A DNA stretch of 42,363 nt, taken from contig JAAVXQ010000039.1 in the NCBI GenBank assembly GCA_022790685.1, positions 1 to 42,363 of the forward strand, written 5' to 3'. The notes beneath the pieces were generated by a model. The model was not told the origin of the DNA, did not search any database, and saw nothing but the letters and a program-made list of their open reading frames with translations. The first letter of the stretch is position 1; each line of letters starts with the position of its first letter. Source of the stretch: Clostridia bacterium. GTDB taxonomy: Bacteria > Bacillota > Clostridia > TANB77 > CAG-508. The translations under genes were made by a program, and so were the position numbers. Shown piece by piece: positions 17,911-26,997 of the stretch.

Positions 17911-17986
17911 TGGTGCGCCATAGAGGAATCGAACCTCCGACCATTTGATTAAGAGTCAACTGCTCTACCAACTGAGCTAATGGCGC
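17911..17986 (-). tRNA. tRNA-Lys (anticodon CUU)
   Basis: The reverse complement folds with acceptor GCGCCAT/ATGGCGC, anticodon loop CTCTTAA, GGTTCGATTCC T-loop and CCA. One G-A mismatch closes the anticodon stem. Confidence 0.85.
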
Positions 17987-18013
17987 ATATTAAATTCCCT
18001 AGAAACTTAATAT

Positions 18014-18042
18014 ATTATAAAACAAGGATAATATTTTGTCAA
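18014..18042 (-). promoter_or_regulatory. Consensus sigma-70-type promoter for tRNA-Lys(CUU)
   Basis: On the minus strand, TTGACA (18042-18037), 17-nt spacer, TATAAT (18019-18014). Confidence 0.7.
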
Positions 18043-18067
18043 CAAATTTTAGAAAGGAAAAGTTAAA

Positions 18068-18826
18068 ATGATAGATTTACATACACATATTTTACCAAAT
18101 ACAGATGATGGATCAAAAAGCACGAGGCAATCTCTTAATATGTTACGTGAAGCTAAAAATGCAGGCTTTAATATTATTTGTTGTACACCACACTATTTAG
18201 AACAAAAATGCTTAAAAACGAGAAAAGAAAATATACCAACAATAAGAAAATTAAGAGAAGATGCATTAAAAAATAATATAGATGTAAAAATAGTGTTAGG
18301 GAATGAAATATATATAAATGAAGGCATATTAGAAGAAATAGAAGAAAAAAAAGTTTCATGTATAGGAAAATCAAATTATCTACTAGTGGAATTACCAATG
18401 AAACAAGAATTAAAATATTTAGATGAGATATTTTTAAGAATAATAGAAAAAGGATATAGAATTGTTATTGCTCATCCAGAAAGATATACATATGTACAAA
18501 AAGATCCTAATTATCTAGTAGATTTTATTAAAATGGGAATCTATTTTCAAGGAAATTATGGAAGTGTAATTGGAAGATATGGAAAAACAGCAGAAAAAAC
18601 TATAAAAACTTTATTAAAAAATAACTTAATACATATATTATCAACTGATGCACACACAGATAATTCTATGTATTTAGAGATGGACGAGATAAATAAAAAA
18701 ATACTTAAAATAATAGATGAGGAATATTTAAATTTACTTAGTAGCTTAAATCCAAAATTACTTTTAAAAAATGAAAATTTACTAGTTCCAAAGCCAAAAA
18801 TTAAAAAAGATAAATTTTTTAAATAA
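18068..18826 (+). CDS. Tyrosine-protein phosphatase, CpsB/CapC PHP family
   Basis: MIDLHTHILPNTDDGSKS N-terminus, plus CTPHY and AHPERY motifs typical of Mn-dependent PHP tyrosine phosphatases. Confidence 0.85.
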   Translation: MIDLHTHILPNTDDGSKSTRQSLNMLREAKNAGFNIICCTPHYLEQKCLKTRKENIPTIRKLREDALKNNIDVKIVLGNEIYINEGILEEIEEKKVSCIGKSNYLLVELPMKQELKYLDEIFLRIIEKGYRIVIAHPERYTYVQKDPNYLVDFIKMGIYFQGNYGSVIGRYGKTAEKTIKTLLKNNLIHILSTDAHTDNSMYLEMDEINKKILKIIDEEYLNLLSSLNPKLLLKNENLLVPKPKIKKDKFFK

Positions 18827-18834
18827 AAATAGTA

Positions 18835-18863
18835 TTGATTAAAATTAAAATCAAAGGTATAAT
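18835..18863 (+). promoter_or_regulatory. Putative sigma-70-type promoter upstream of the tyrosine kinase gene
   Basis: TTGATT 18835-18840, 17-nt spacer, TATAAT 18858-18863. Confidence 0.5.
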
Positions 18864-18949
18864 ATAATAGAAATTATATTTTACTACGGAAATGTAAGAC
18901 ACAGAAGAAAAAATGGAAGGATAGAGGTAACACTTTAAAGGTAAAAACG

Positions 18950-20845
18950 ATGGAAGAAATTGATTTAAGAAGATTATCAAAAACAGCATATACAATGAAA
19001 TGGTACATTGTATTAATTATGATATTATTTATTTCTGCAGGTTCAGCTTATTCTTTTGTATATAATCAGCCTAAGTATAAATCATATACAAAAATAGCGC
19101 TTACACAGATTGCTACAGAAGGAGAAGGAGACTCTACAAATTCAATAACACAGACAGATATAACAATGAATAAGAACTTGGTGGATACTTATAATGAAAT
19201 TATAACCAGTAAGACTGTTTTAAAAGAAGTAAGAGAAAATTTATCTTTGGATATAACAGATACAGAACTTACTAAAATGATATCTACAACTTCAGCAGAT
19301 AATACTACTATTTTGAAAATAGAAGTTGCAAGTCGTAATCCAGAACTTTCAAAAAATGTAGCAAATGAAATAGCAAAAGTTTTCTCAAAACAAGTAAAAG
19401 AAATGTATAACATAAGCAATGTACATATTCTAGATGAAGCTGAAAAATCAGAGAATCCATATAATATAAATCATGTTAGAGATATAGCAATATTTTCTGC
19501 ATTAGGAATTGCAGTATCAACAGCGTTAGTATTAATTATGTATTTGTTAGATACTACTATTAAAACAGAAGAAGATATTGAAAATATTACAAAACTACCT
19601 GTTCTTGGAACAGTACCTTTATTAGATAAAGAAGATATAAAGAAAAAATTAAAAAACAATAAAATGTTAGATACTGTAAATATGCCAACTACTGAGGCTT
19701 TTAGAACCTTAAGAACTAATCTTACATTTGCAAGAAAGAATAAAAAGTTTAAAAATATATTAGTTACAAGTAGTTTTAGTGCGGAAGGAAAAAGTTATGT
19801 TTCATCAAACCTAGCAGTAGCACTAGCTAGATCAAATAAAAAAGTATTGATTATAGATGCAGATATGAGAAAAGGAAGACAAAATACTATTTTTAAGGTT
19901 CCTAATGCAAAAGGTTTATCAAACTTTTTAGCAGAAGTTAGTAATGTTACACCTAGCAATGTAGCTAAATATATAAAAACAACCAGCATTTCTGATGTTC
20001 ATGTAATGACATCTGGAGACAGACCTACAAATCCATCAGAACTTATATCATCAAAGAAAATGATAAAATTAATTCAGCTATTAGATGAAATATATGATAT
20101 TGTTATAATTGATGGAACACCATCACTACTTGTTTCAGATAGTATTGCGGTTTCAAAATATGTTGATAATGTTATTATAGTTGTTGCTCATAAAATTACA
20201 AAAATAGATAGTTTAAAAAAGGTTAAAAAACTTGTTGAGAATGTTGGTGCTAAAATAACAGGAGTTGTACTTAATAAATATCCTATAAAAGAAAGTGCCT
20301 ATGGAGAAAAATATTATTATAGTGATCAAAAAGCAAGAATGTTAGAAGAAAATCGTGTTAATAAAGAAATAAAAACAGTAGAACAAGTTTTTGCAGAAGC
20401 AGAAAAAGGAAAAGAAGAAAAATTTAGAAATAATGAATTTGAAATTTTAGAAGAAGAATTTGCAGAAGAGGAAGAAGAAAACTTAGAAGAAAATAATAAT
20501 TTAGCTTTGCAAAATCAATTTGAAAATGAAAATCTTCCAGATATGAGTTTAATGCAGTATAAAATGGAAAATATAAGTAGCGAAGTAAGCAATATAAGAA
20601 ACTTATTTATACAATATATGATGAATAATAAATCAATAACTGTGGAAGAATATAATGACCTTAAAAACGAACTAGAATATATTAAAAGTGCTGTAGATGG
20701 AACAAACACAAGTGAACTAACAAAAGAGCTAAGAGAAGAAGTAAACAACATAAGAGAATTAACATCAGATTTAATGAAACAACAAAAAGCTAATAGTGAA
20801 AAAGTTAAAACATTTATTAAAGAATATAGAAAAAAATTATCATAA
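18950..20845 (+). CDS. Fused Wzz-like chain-length modulator and BY-kinase (CpsC-CpsD type) with a long C-terminal extension
   Basis: Two TM segments flank a Wzz-like region. Walker A SAEGKS, A' LIIDADMRKG, B DIVIIDGTP and Tyr cluster YGEKYYY follow, then a Glu/Lys/Asn-rich tail of about 170 aa. Confidence 0.85.
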   Translation: MEEIDLRRLSKTAYTMKWYIVLIMILFISAGSAYSFVYNQPKYKSYTKIALTQIATEGEGDSTNSITQTDITMNKNLVDTYNEIITSKTVLKEVRENLSLDITDTELTKMISTTSADNTTILKIEVASRNPELSKNVANEIAKVFSKQVKEMYNISNVHILDEAEKSENPYNINHVRDIAIFSALGIAVSTALVLIMYLLDTTIKTEEDIENITKLPVLGTVPLLDKEDIKKKLKNNKMLDTVNMPTTEAFRTLRTNLTFARKNKKFKNILVTSSFSAEGKSYVSSNLAVALARSNKKVLIIDADMRKGRQNTIFKVPNAKGLSNFLAEVSNVTPSNVAKYIKTTSISDVHVMTSGDRPTNPSELISSKKMIKLIQLLDEIYDIVIIDGTPSLLVSDSIAVSKYVDNVIIVVAHKITKIDSLKKVKKLVENVGAKITGVVLNKYPIKESAYGEKYYYSDQKARMLEENRVNKEIKTVEQVFAEAEKGKEEKFRNNEFEILEEEFAEEEEENLEENNNLALQNQFENENLPDMSLMQYKMENISSEVSNIRNLFIQYMMNNKSITVEEYNDLKNELEYIKSAVDGTNTSELTKELREEVNNIRELTSDLMKQQKANSEKVKTFIKEYRKKLS

Positions 20846-20978
20846 AGGTAAATAACCTAAGAATATTAAAATGAAATTAATATTGCTTAGGTTATTTTTT
20901 GTTTAAAAGCAAAATAAATGAATAAAAGCAGAGTTAAAAGTTAATAATAATTAAAGAATTGTAAAAGGGAGGAATAAA

Positions 20979-21164
20979 ATGGGAACTTTAAATCAAATTG
21001 AATTACAAAACTTAAGACATTTTATAGGAGCGAAAGAGACTAGTTATAATAAGCTTACTAATTATGCAGATTCTGCTGTTGATCCACAAATAAAACAGGT
21101 GTTAAATAAAGCAGCGCAAGATACATTAAATTCAAAACAAAAATTATTATCATTTTTTAATTAG
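20979..21164 (+). CDS. Small protein paired with the CotF-like gene (putative spore coat-associated)
   Basis: GGGAGG SD. The 61-aa product ends 8 nt before the next gene. The function is inferred from the pairing only. Confidence 0.45.
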   Translation: MGTLNQIELQNLRHFIGAKETSYNKLTNYADSAVDPQIKQVLNKAAQDTLNSKQKLLSFFN

Positions 21165-21172
21165 GAGGAAAT

Positions 21173-21418
21173 ATGGAAGAAAAAAGTATAGTAAATGATG
21201 TTTTAGCAAGTGTAAAAAATTCAATAAAAGATTATTCAAGTGCTATTACAGAAACAGCTAACTTAGAACTTAGACAAACATTTCAAAATTTAAGAAACTC
21301 AGATGAAAGTTTTCAATATGAACTTTTTAAATTAGCTGAGTCAAAAGGGTATTATGTTCCAGCTGAAAATTCAAAGCCAGAAGAAATTGAAAAAGTTAAA
21401 AATGAATTAAAATTTTAG
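21173..21418 (+). CDS. Spore coat protein F-like (Coat_F domain)
   Basis: NDVLASVKNSIKDYSSAITETANLELRQTFQNL...FQYELFKLAESKGYY matches the Coat_F pattern. AGGAGG SD. Confidence 0.65.
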   Translation: MEEKSIVNDVLASVKNSIKDYSSAITETANLELRQTFQNLRNSDESFQYELFKLAESKGYYVPAENSKPEEIEKVKNELKF

Positions 21419-21675
21419 GAAAAAGGATTAATAAAAGTAATTGTTTAAATATTTGCTTTTATTAATCTTTTTTTGCTAAAAACCACATTTTTAGCAAAGT
21501 AATTAAATAAAATGTTACAAAAATGTAAAAAAGTAAAAAACAAGAAAATGGAAATATAAGAGAGCATAATTAAGATATAAAGGAAAAAAATAGTAAAAAA
21601 AACTCTATTTTGATATTGAAATTATTTTGAAAAATATATAAAATAATAAAAGCAAAAGAAAAGGTTTAAAAAGGA

Positions 21676-22660
21676 GTGTTTATCATAACTAGTATATTTA
21701 AAAATGTTGTAATTCATTTAAGAATGTGGACTAAGTTTATAATACTTTTATTAATTGCATTAGGGCTAATAGCATTTCTATTATTTGTAGTATACAAACC
21801 GATGTATTTAGTTAAAATTCGGTGGAGAAGAAATAGGATATACAGAAAATAAAAGTGAATTACAAAAGAGAATTAAAAATTATATAACTAATGGTGATAG
21901 TAAAACAGTAGCCTTTGTAGAAATAGATACTATGCCAGAATATAATATGTGTTTCTTAAAAAAGGGTATAGAGCCAAATGATAATGAAATATTTGATACA
22001 GTTATTGCCTCTGGTATACCATTTTATAAATATTATGCAATAATGGAAAATAATCAAGAAAAATTTTATGTAGCCACATATGAAGAGTGTGAAAATGTAA
22101 TTCAAACATTGAAAGATAAAAATAGTAATAATAAAGATAGTGTTACATATGCTTTAAAATATGAAACTGAATTAAAAGAGCTTACAACAACAGAGCTTGC
22201 AATAAATGGTTTATATGTAGAAAAACCAAAAACTTCAGCTAATAAAAAGGTTAATACTATGAAAACAATGGATTATTCTAATACAGCATTAGGTATTAAT
22301 CTTATAAGACCAATATCAGGAACGATAACTTCAAGATTTGGTAGAAGATCAAGAGGAACACATACAGGTTTAGATATAGCTACATCAAAAGGTGTACCAA
22401 TAAAAGCAGCAGCTAGTGGAACAGTTATCTATTCAGGAACTAAAGGTGCATATGGAAAAATGGTAGTAATAGACCATGGAAATGGAATTCAAACATATTA
22501 TGCACATTGTAGCAGATTAGATGTTTCATCAGGTACATATGTAAATCAAGGAGAGGTAATTGGAGCAGTAGGATCTACAGGAAATTCAACAGGACCACAC
22601 TTACATTTAGAAGTTAGAGTAAATGGAGTTGCAAAAAATCCACAAAACTATGTATATTAA
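21676..22660 (+). pseudogene. M23 family metallopeptidase, with the N-terminal TM region split off by an apparent +1 frameshift near 21820 (or a sequencing error)
   Basis: The catalytic domain has HTGLDIA, VIDHGNG and GPHLHLEV. The upstream frame encodes a TM anchor (WTKFIILLLIALGLIAFLLFVVY) and stops at 21850. The downstream frame is open from 21812 (GGEEIGYTENKSELQK...). Confidence 0.7.
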
Positions 22661-22757
22661 AATAAATTGGAAATAGAGTTTAAGTAAAACTTAAACTCTA
22701 TTTTTTATATAAAGATTTATATGAAAAGTAAATATGGCAAGTGCTTAACCTAATTGA

Positions 22758-23348
22758 TTATATAAATAAAGTTTCTAAATTAATTTTATCTCCATATTCA
22801 GCAAGCTTAATATAAAAATTATTAGGCTTATTTACTTTGAAAGTAAATTCAGAAAGATATTTATCTATAGAGGTATATATAATTTCTGAAATACCATTTT
22901 GAGAAAGTATAAGAAAATATATGCCATTATAAAAATATAAAGGACAATTTAACAAAGTATTATAATATAAATTTGAAGTAGAAGAAATGAAATTAAAGAA
23001 AACATTTAATTCATCTTTACTACAAAATTTATACACATTAAAAGTATCTATATCTTTATAGGAACTTCTACTAACAGTTACACGAGGAATATTTTCAGTT
23101 TCATTTTCCAAACTAGATATAATCATAATAAAATCTCTATTACATACATAAAAAGTATCGACTAAAAGATTTTTACAATCAATAAAAAAGTTATAATCTG
23201 TTTTAAGTTTAATTAATATTTTTTTAAGTATTTCTTGATTTTCCATATTAGAAGCCATAAAAGAATGAATATTAATATTTTCTTCTTCTAAATCCTTAAG
23301 AGAGAGTAAAATTTTAAATTTGTTTTCTTTAATTTTTTCAATTACCAT
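22758..23348 (-). CDS. mecA: Adaptor protein MecA-like
   Basis: N-terminus MVIEKIKENKFKILLSLKDLEEENINI resembles the MecA family. GGAGG SD. Confidence 0.65.
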   Translation of the reverse strand: MVIEKIKENKFKILLSLKDLEEENINIHSFMASNMENQEILKKILIKLKTDYNFFIDCKNLLVDTFYVCNRDFIMIISSLENETENIPRVTVSRSSYKDIDTFNVYKFCSKDELNVFFNFISSTSNLYYNTLLNCPLYFYNGIYFLILSQNGISEIIYTSIDKYLSEFTFKVNKPNNFYIKLAEYGDKINLETLFI

Positions 23349-23571
23349 AAAAAGCCTCCTAAAAAGATATATATAAATTAATTATAGTAGTTATAATTTA
23401 AAAGTAAATGTCAAAAAATGTATTATATAAATTTATAAATCTATTACTTATAAATTCTATTCATAAACAAGAAAAAAATGTATATAAATTACTTGAAAAA
23501 AAAGTCATTGCAAGATATAATAGTTAAGTAAAAAAATACAAAGTTCCGTAAGAAAAAATGGAGGTAAATAG

Positions 23572-23829
23572 ATGGCAACTAAAGATAAAAATATTTGGAT
23601 ACTATTAATATTTATTTTGTCAGGACTAGTAGTAGGGGGATTACTTGGAGAACTTGCAACAAAAATATCTTGGCTATGGTGGTTAGGATATGGACAAGAG
23701 TTTGGGTTATCAAGCCCTGTAACTTTAGATATTAATATACTAAAAGTAACTTTTAGTGTGATTTTTAGAATAAATATAGCAAGTATAATAGGAATGGCAA
23801 TTTCAATATTTATATATAGAAAAGTTTAA
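23572..23829 (+). CDS. Small membrane protein (DUF4321-like)
   Basis: 85-aa product with two TM segments. Its position upstream of radC-mreB is as commonly seen in Clostridia. GGAGG SD. Confidence 0.55.
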   Translation: MATKDKNIWILLIFILSGLVVGGLLGELATKISWLWWLGYGQEFGLSSPVTLDINILKVTFSVIFRINIASIIGMAISIFIYRKV

Positions 23830-23864
23830 TAATTAAAGGCATAAAGTAAGCGGAAAGGATTTTT

Positions 23865-24539
23865 TTGATACGATTAAAAAATTTACCAATATCAGAAAGA
23901 CCATATGAAAAATGTATTTTATATGGTGAAAAAAGTTTGAGTATTGTAGAACTAATAGCTATTATTATACATACAGGAATGAAAGAAAAAAGTGCAATTG
24001 ATATAGCTATGGAATTAATTAATAAAAACACAGAGCAATATAATAATATAAGATTTTTACAAGATATGTCTATAAAAGAATTTATGAAAATAAAAGGAAT
24101 TGGACTTAAAAAGGCTGTTAGATTAAAGGCAGTAGGAGAACTTTCCAAAAGAATGTCAGTACCATTAGAGATAAATAAAGTTCAAATAAAAAGTAGTGTA
24201 GATGTTTCAAATATTTTAATGGAAGAAATGAGATATGAAAAGCAAGAAGTCATAAAAGTAATTTTACTAAATTCGAATAATAGACTTATGAAAATCGTAG
24301 ATATAGCGTCTGGGAATAGCAATAAAGTAGTTTTTGATATAAAACAAATATTATCAGAACCAATTAAATTAGAAGTACCAAAGATAATATTAGTACATAA
24401 TCATCCTAGTGGAAATCCAAAACCTAGTAGTGAAGATATATTGATAACAAGAAAAATCAAAGAAGCAGCAGGTATTTTAGGAATAGATTTGATTGATCAT
24501 ATAATAATTGGTGATGGAGAGTACAAAAGTATAATTTAA
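23865..24539 (+). CDS. radC: RadC-family JAB-domain protein
   Basis: HhH-like N-terminus and the JAMM motif HNHPSGNPKPSSED. TTG start. Confidence 0.85.
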   Translation: MIRLKNLPISERPYEKCILYGEKSLSIVELIAIIIHTGMKEKSAIDIAMELINKNTEQYNNIRFLQDMSIKEFMKIKGIGLKKAVRLKAVGELSKRMSVPLEINKVQIKSSVDVSNILMEEMRYEKQEVIKVILLNSNNRLMKIVDIASGNSNKVVFDIKQILSEPIKLEVPKIILVHNHPSGNPKPSSEDILITRKIKEAAGILGIDLIDHIIIGDGEYKSII

Positions 24540-24551
24540 GCAGGAGGAAAT

Positions 24552-25572
24552 ATGAAATTTAATTTCGGTAAGGATATAGGAATTGATTTAGGTACAGCGA
24601 ATATTTTAGTAGCAATTAAGGGAAAAGGAATTATATATAGAGAACCCTCTGTTGTAGCTATAGATATTAAAACGAATGAAGTTATAGCATATGGATTAGA
24701 AGCAAGAGAAATGCTACGGGAGAACACCTACTAATATAAAAGCAATTAGGCCCTTAAAAGATGGAGTAATTGCTGATTTTACAGCAACTAAATTAATGCT
24801 TAAAGCAATAATGAATAAAATTTGTAGTAAATATAGAGTAATAAAACCAAGAGTAGTAGTTGGAGTTCCATCAGGAATAACAGAAGTTGAAGAAAGAGCA
24901 GTAGAAGAGGCAATTATTTCTAGTGGGGCAAGAAATGTTTTTGTAATAGATGAACCAATGGCTGCAGCAATAGGAGCAGGATTAGAAGTGTCTGAAGCAA
25001 AAGGAAATATTGTTGTAGATATTGGAGGAGGAACTACAGAAGTTGCTGTAATATCGTTAGGTGGAGTAGTTATAAGTGAATCTTTAAGAATTGCAGGAGA
25101 TGAAATAACAGAAAATATTATAAATTATATAAAAAGAAGGTATAATTTAACAATAGGGGAAGTAACTGCTGAAAATATAAAACAAGAGTTAGGCTGTGCA
25201 ATGCCACTTATGACAGAAACTGAGATGGAAATAAGAGGAAGAGACTTAAGTTCTGGATTCCCAAGTAGTGTAATAGTTACTTCAAGTGATATAGAACTTG
25301 CAATTAAAGAGCCAATAGAAAAAATAATAGAAACAGTAAAAACTACATTAGAACAAACACCACCAGAACTTGTTTCAGATATATCTGAGACAGGTATTAC
25401 TTTAACTGGTGGAGGTGCTTTAATAAAAAATTTAGATAAATTAATGAGTGAAAAGATGGAAACACCAGTATATATAGCAAATGAGCCATTAGATACAGTA
25501 GTAAATGGAACACTTGCTATGCTAGAAGATCTTGATAACTTAAAAAATATTTTAAAAAGGAATGTGATTTAG
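24552..25572 (+). pseudogene. mreB: Rod shape-determining protein MreB, split by an apparent +1 frameshift near 24717 (or a sequencing error)
   Basis: ORF 24552-24734 ([12 protein letters not shown]...EAREML) continues in the +1 frame as [21 protein letters not shown] and joins ORF 24796-25572. Deleting one base at 24716-24718 restores a full-length MreB. Confidence 0.85.
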
Positions 25573-25573
25573 A

Positions 25574-26389
25574 GTGAATAGAAATAAGCAAACTGAATTA
25601 TTAGGAGGAATAATTACATTAATTATACTTATATTATTAGTTTTTCTTTCTAATGTAGAAGTTAATAAGCTTTCTTATTTTGAAACAGCAGTAAATACAA
25701 TAATATCTCCAATTCAAAGAATAATAACAGATTTAAAAAACAAAATACAAGGAAATAGTGAATATTTTGCTAATATGGAGAAAATTCAGCAAGAAAATGA
25801 AGAATTAAGAACTCAAAATAGTGAACTAGAAACAAAATTAAGAGAGCTAGAAAGAATAAAAGCTGATAATATAACTCTTCAAGAATATATGAATTTAACA
25901 CAAAAATATGCCTCTTATACAACCATTCCAGCTTATGTTATAAATAAAGATGTAAGTAATTATAGTAGCAATTTAGTTATAAATGTAGGTACAAATGATG
26001 GAGTTCAGAAAAATATGACAGTAATTGCAGATAAAGGCTTAGTAGGACATGTTATTTCTGTAACTGAAAAAACAGCAAAAGTTCAAGTAATTATAGATCC
26101 AGCAAGTACAGTAAGTTCACAAATGAGCACATCAAATGAAAGTATTATTTGTAAAGGTACTTTAGATAATGATCAAGTTTTAAGAGCAAGCTATATACCA
26201 ACAGATGCAGAATTGATTAAAGGATATAGCTTAGAAACATCTGGACTTGGCGGAATATATCCAAAAGGAATTCATATAGGAACAATAGAAGAAATAATAA
26301 CAACAAGTAATATTATAGATAGATATGCTATAGTAAAGCCAGCTGTTGATTTTTCAAAGCTAAATACAGTTCTTGTAGTAACAGAGTAG
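25574..26389 (+). CDS. mreC: Rod shape-determining protein MreC
   Basis: TM anchor, coiled-coil segment (QQENEELRTQNSELETKLRELE) and a beta-rich C-terminal domain. It immediately follows mreB. GTG start. Confidence 0.85.
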   Translation: MNRNKQTELLGGIITLIILILLVFLSNVEVNKLSYFETAVNTIISPIQRIITDLKNKIQGNSEYFANMEKIQQENEELRTQNSELETKLRELERIKADNITLQEYMNLTQKYASYTTIPAYVINKDVSNYSSNLVINVGTNDGVQKNMTVIADKGLVGHVISVTEKTAKVQVIIDPASTVSSQMSTSNESIICKGTLDNDQVLRASYIPTDAELIKGYSLETSGLGGIYPKGIHIGTIEEIITTSNIIDRYAIVKPAVDFSKLNTVLVVTE

Positions 26390-26442
26390 TTTTAGAAAGG
26401 GAAAAGTATAATGGAGATTACATTATACTGTAAGGAAAGGGT

Positions 26443-26976
26443 ATGAAGAAACTTTTCATAATATTAGGACTAATATTAACGTTTTTTTTAATATATTTTT
26501 TACAAATTAACATATTTGCAAATCTTACAATAGCAGGAATTATGCCGAATTTATTTGTTATTTTTGTTTTGTTTGTGGGATTGTTTGCAAATTCTACACT
26601 AGGAATTATGACAGGAGTTTTTGTAGGCTTAATGTTAGACTTTATGTATGGAAAAGTTATAGGCATAAGTGCAGTAATGTACTGTATAGTAGGATATTTA
26701 GGAACATATTTTGATAAAAATTTCTCAAAAGAAAATAAACTTACAATTATATTAATGTGTGCAGGTGCAACATTAATATATGAAATAGGATATTATTTAT
26801 TAAGTTCTATAATAATAAATTTTGAGAGAGAATACATTTTATTTATAAAAAAGGTAGTAGTAGAAGTGATTTATAATATACTTCTTACAATTATACTATA
26901 TCCACTAATTCAAAAAGTAGGATTTAGTATGGATAGAATATTTAAAAGAAACAATGTGCTTACAAGATATTTTTAA
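26443..26976 (+). CDS. mreD: Rod shape-determining protein MreD
   Basis: Polytopic 177-aa membrane protein directly after mreC. Confidence 0.75.
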   Translation: MKKLFIILGLILTFFLIYFLQINIFANLTIAGIMPNLFVIFVLFVGLFANSTLGIMTGVFVGLMLDFMYGKVIGISAVMYCIVGYLGTYFDKNFSKENKLTIILMCAGATLIYEIGYYLLSSIIINFEREYILFIKKVVVEVIYNILLTIILYPLIQKVGFSMDRIFKRNNVLTRYF

Positions 26977-26997
26977 AAGAAAAGAGGGTGAAATATT

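Larger units (their letters stand above)
17746..17986. repeat. Tandem duplication (about 120-nt unit) of terminator plus tRNA-Lys
   Basis: ATTAGTAAAAAA(A)GAATACAACTTAATTGTATTCTTAAAATAGTGGTGCGCCATAGAGGAAT occurs at 17746 and again at 17869. A third remnant, GCTAATGGCAGCC, lies at about 17733-17745. Confidence 0.8.
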
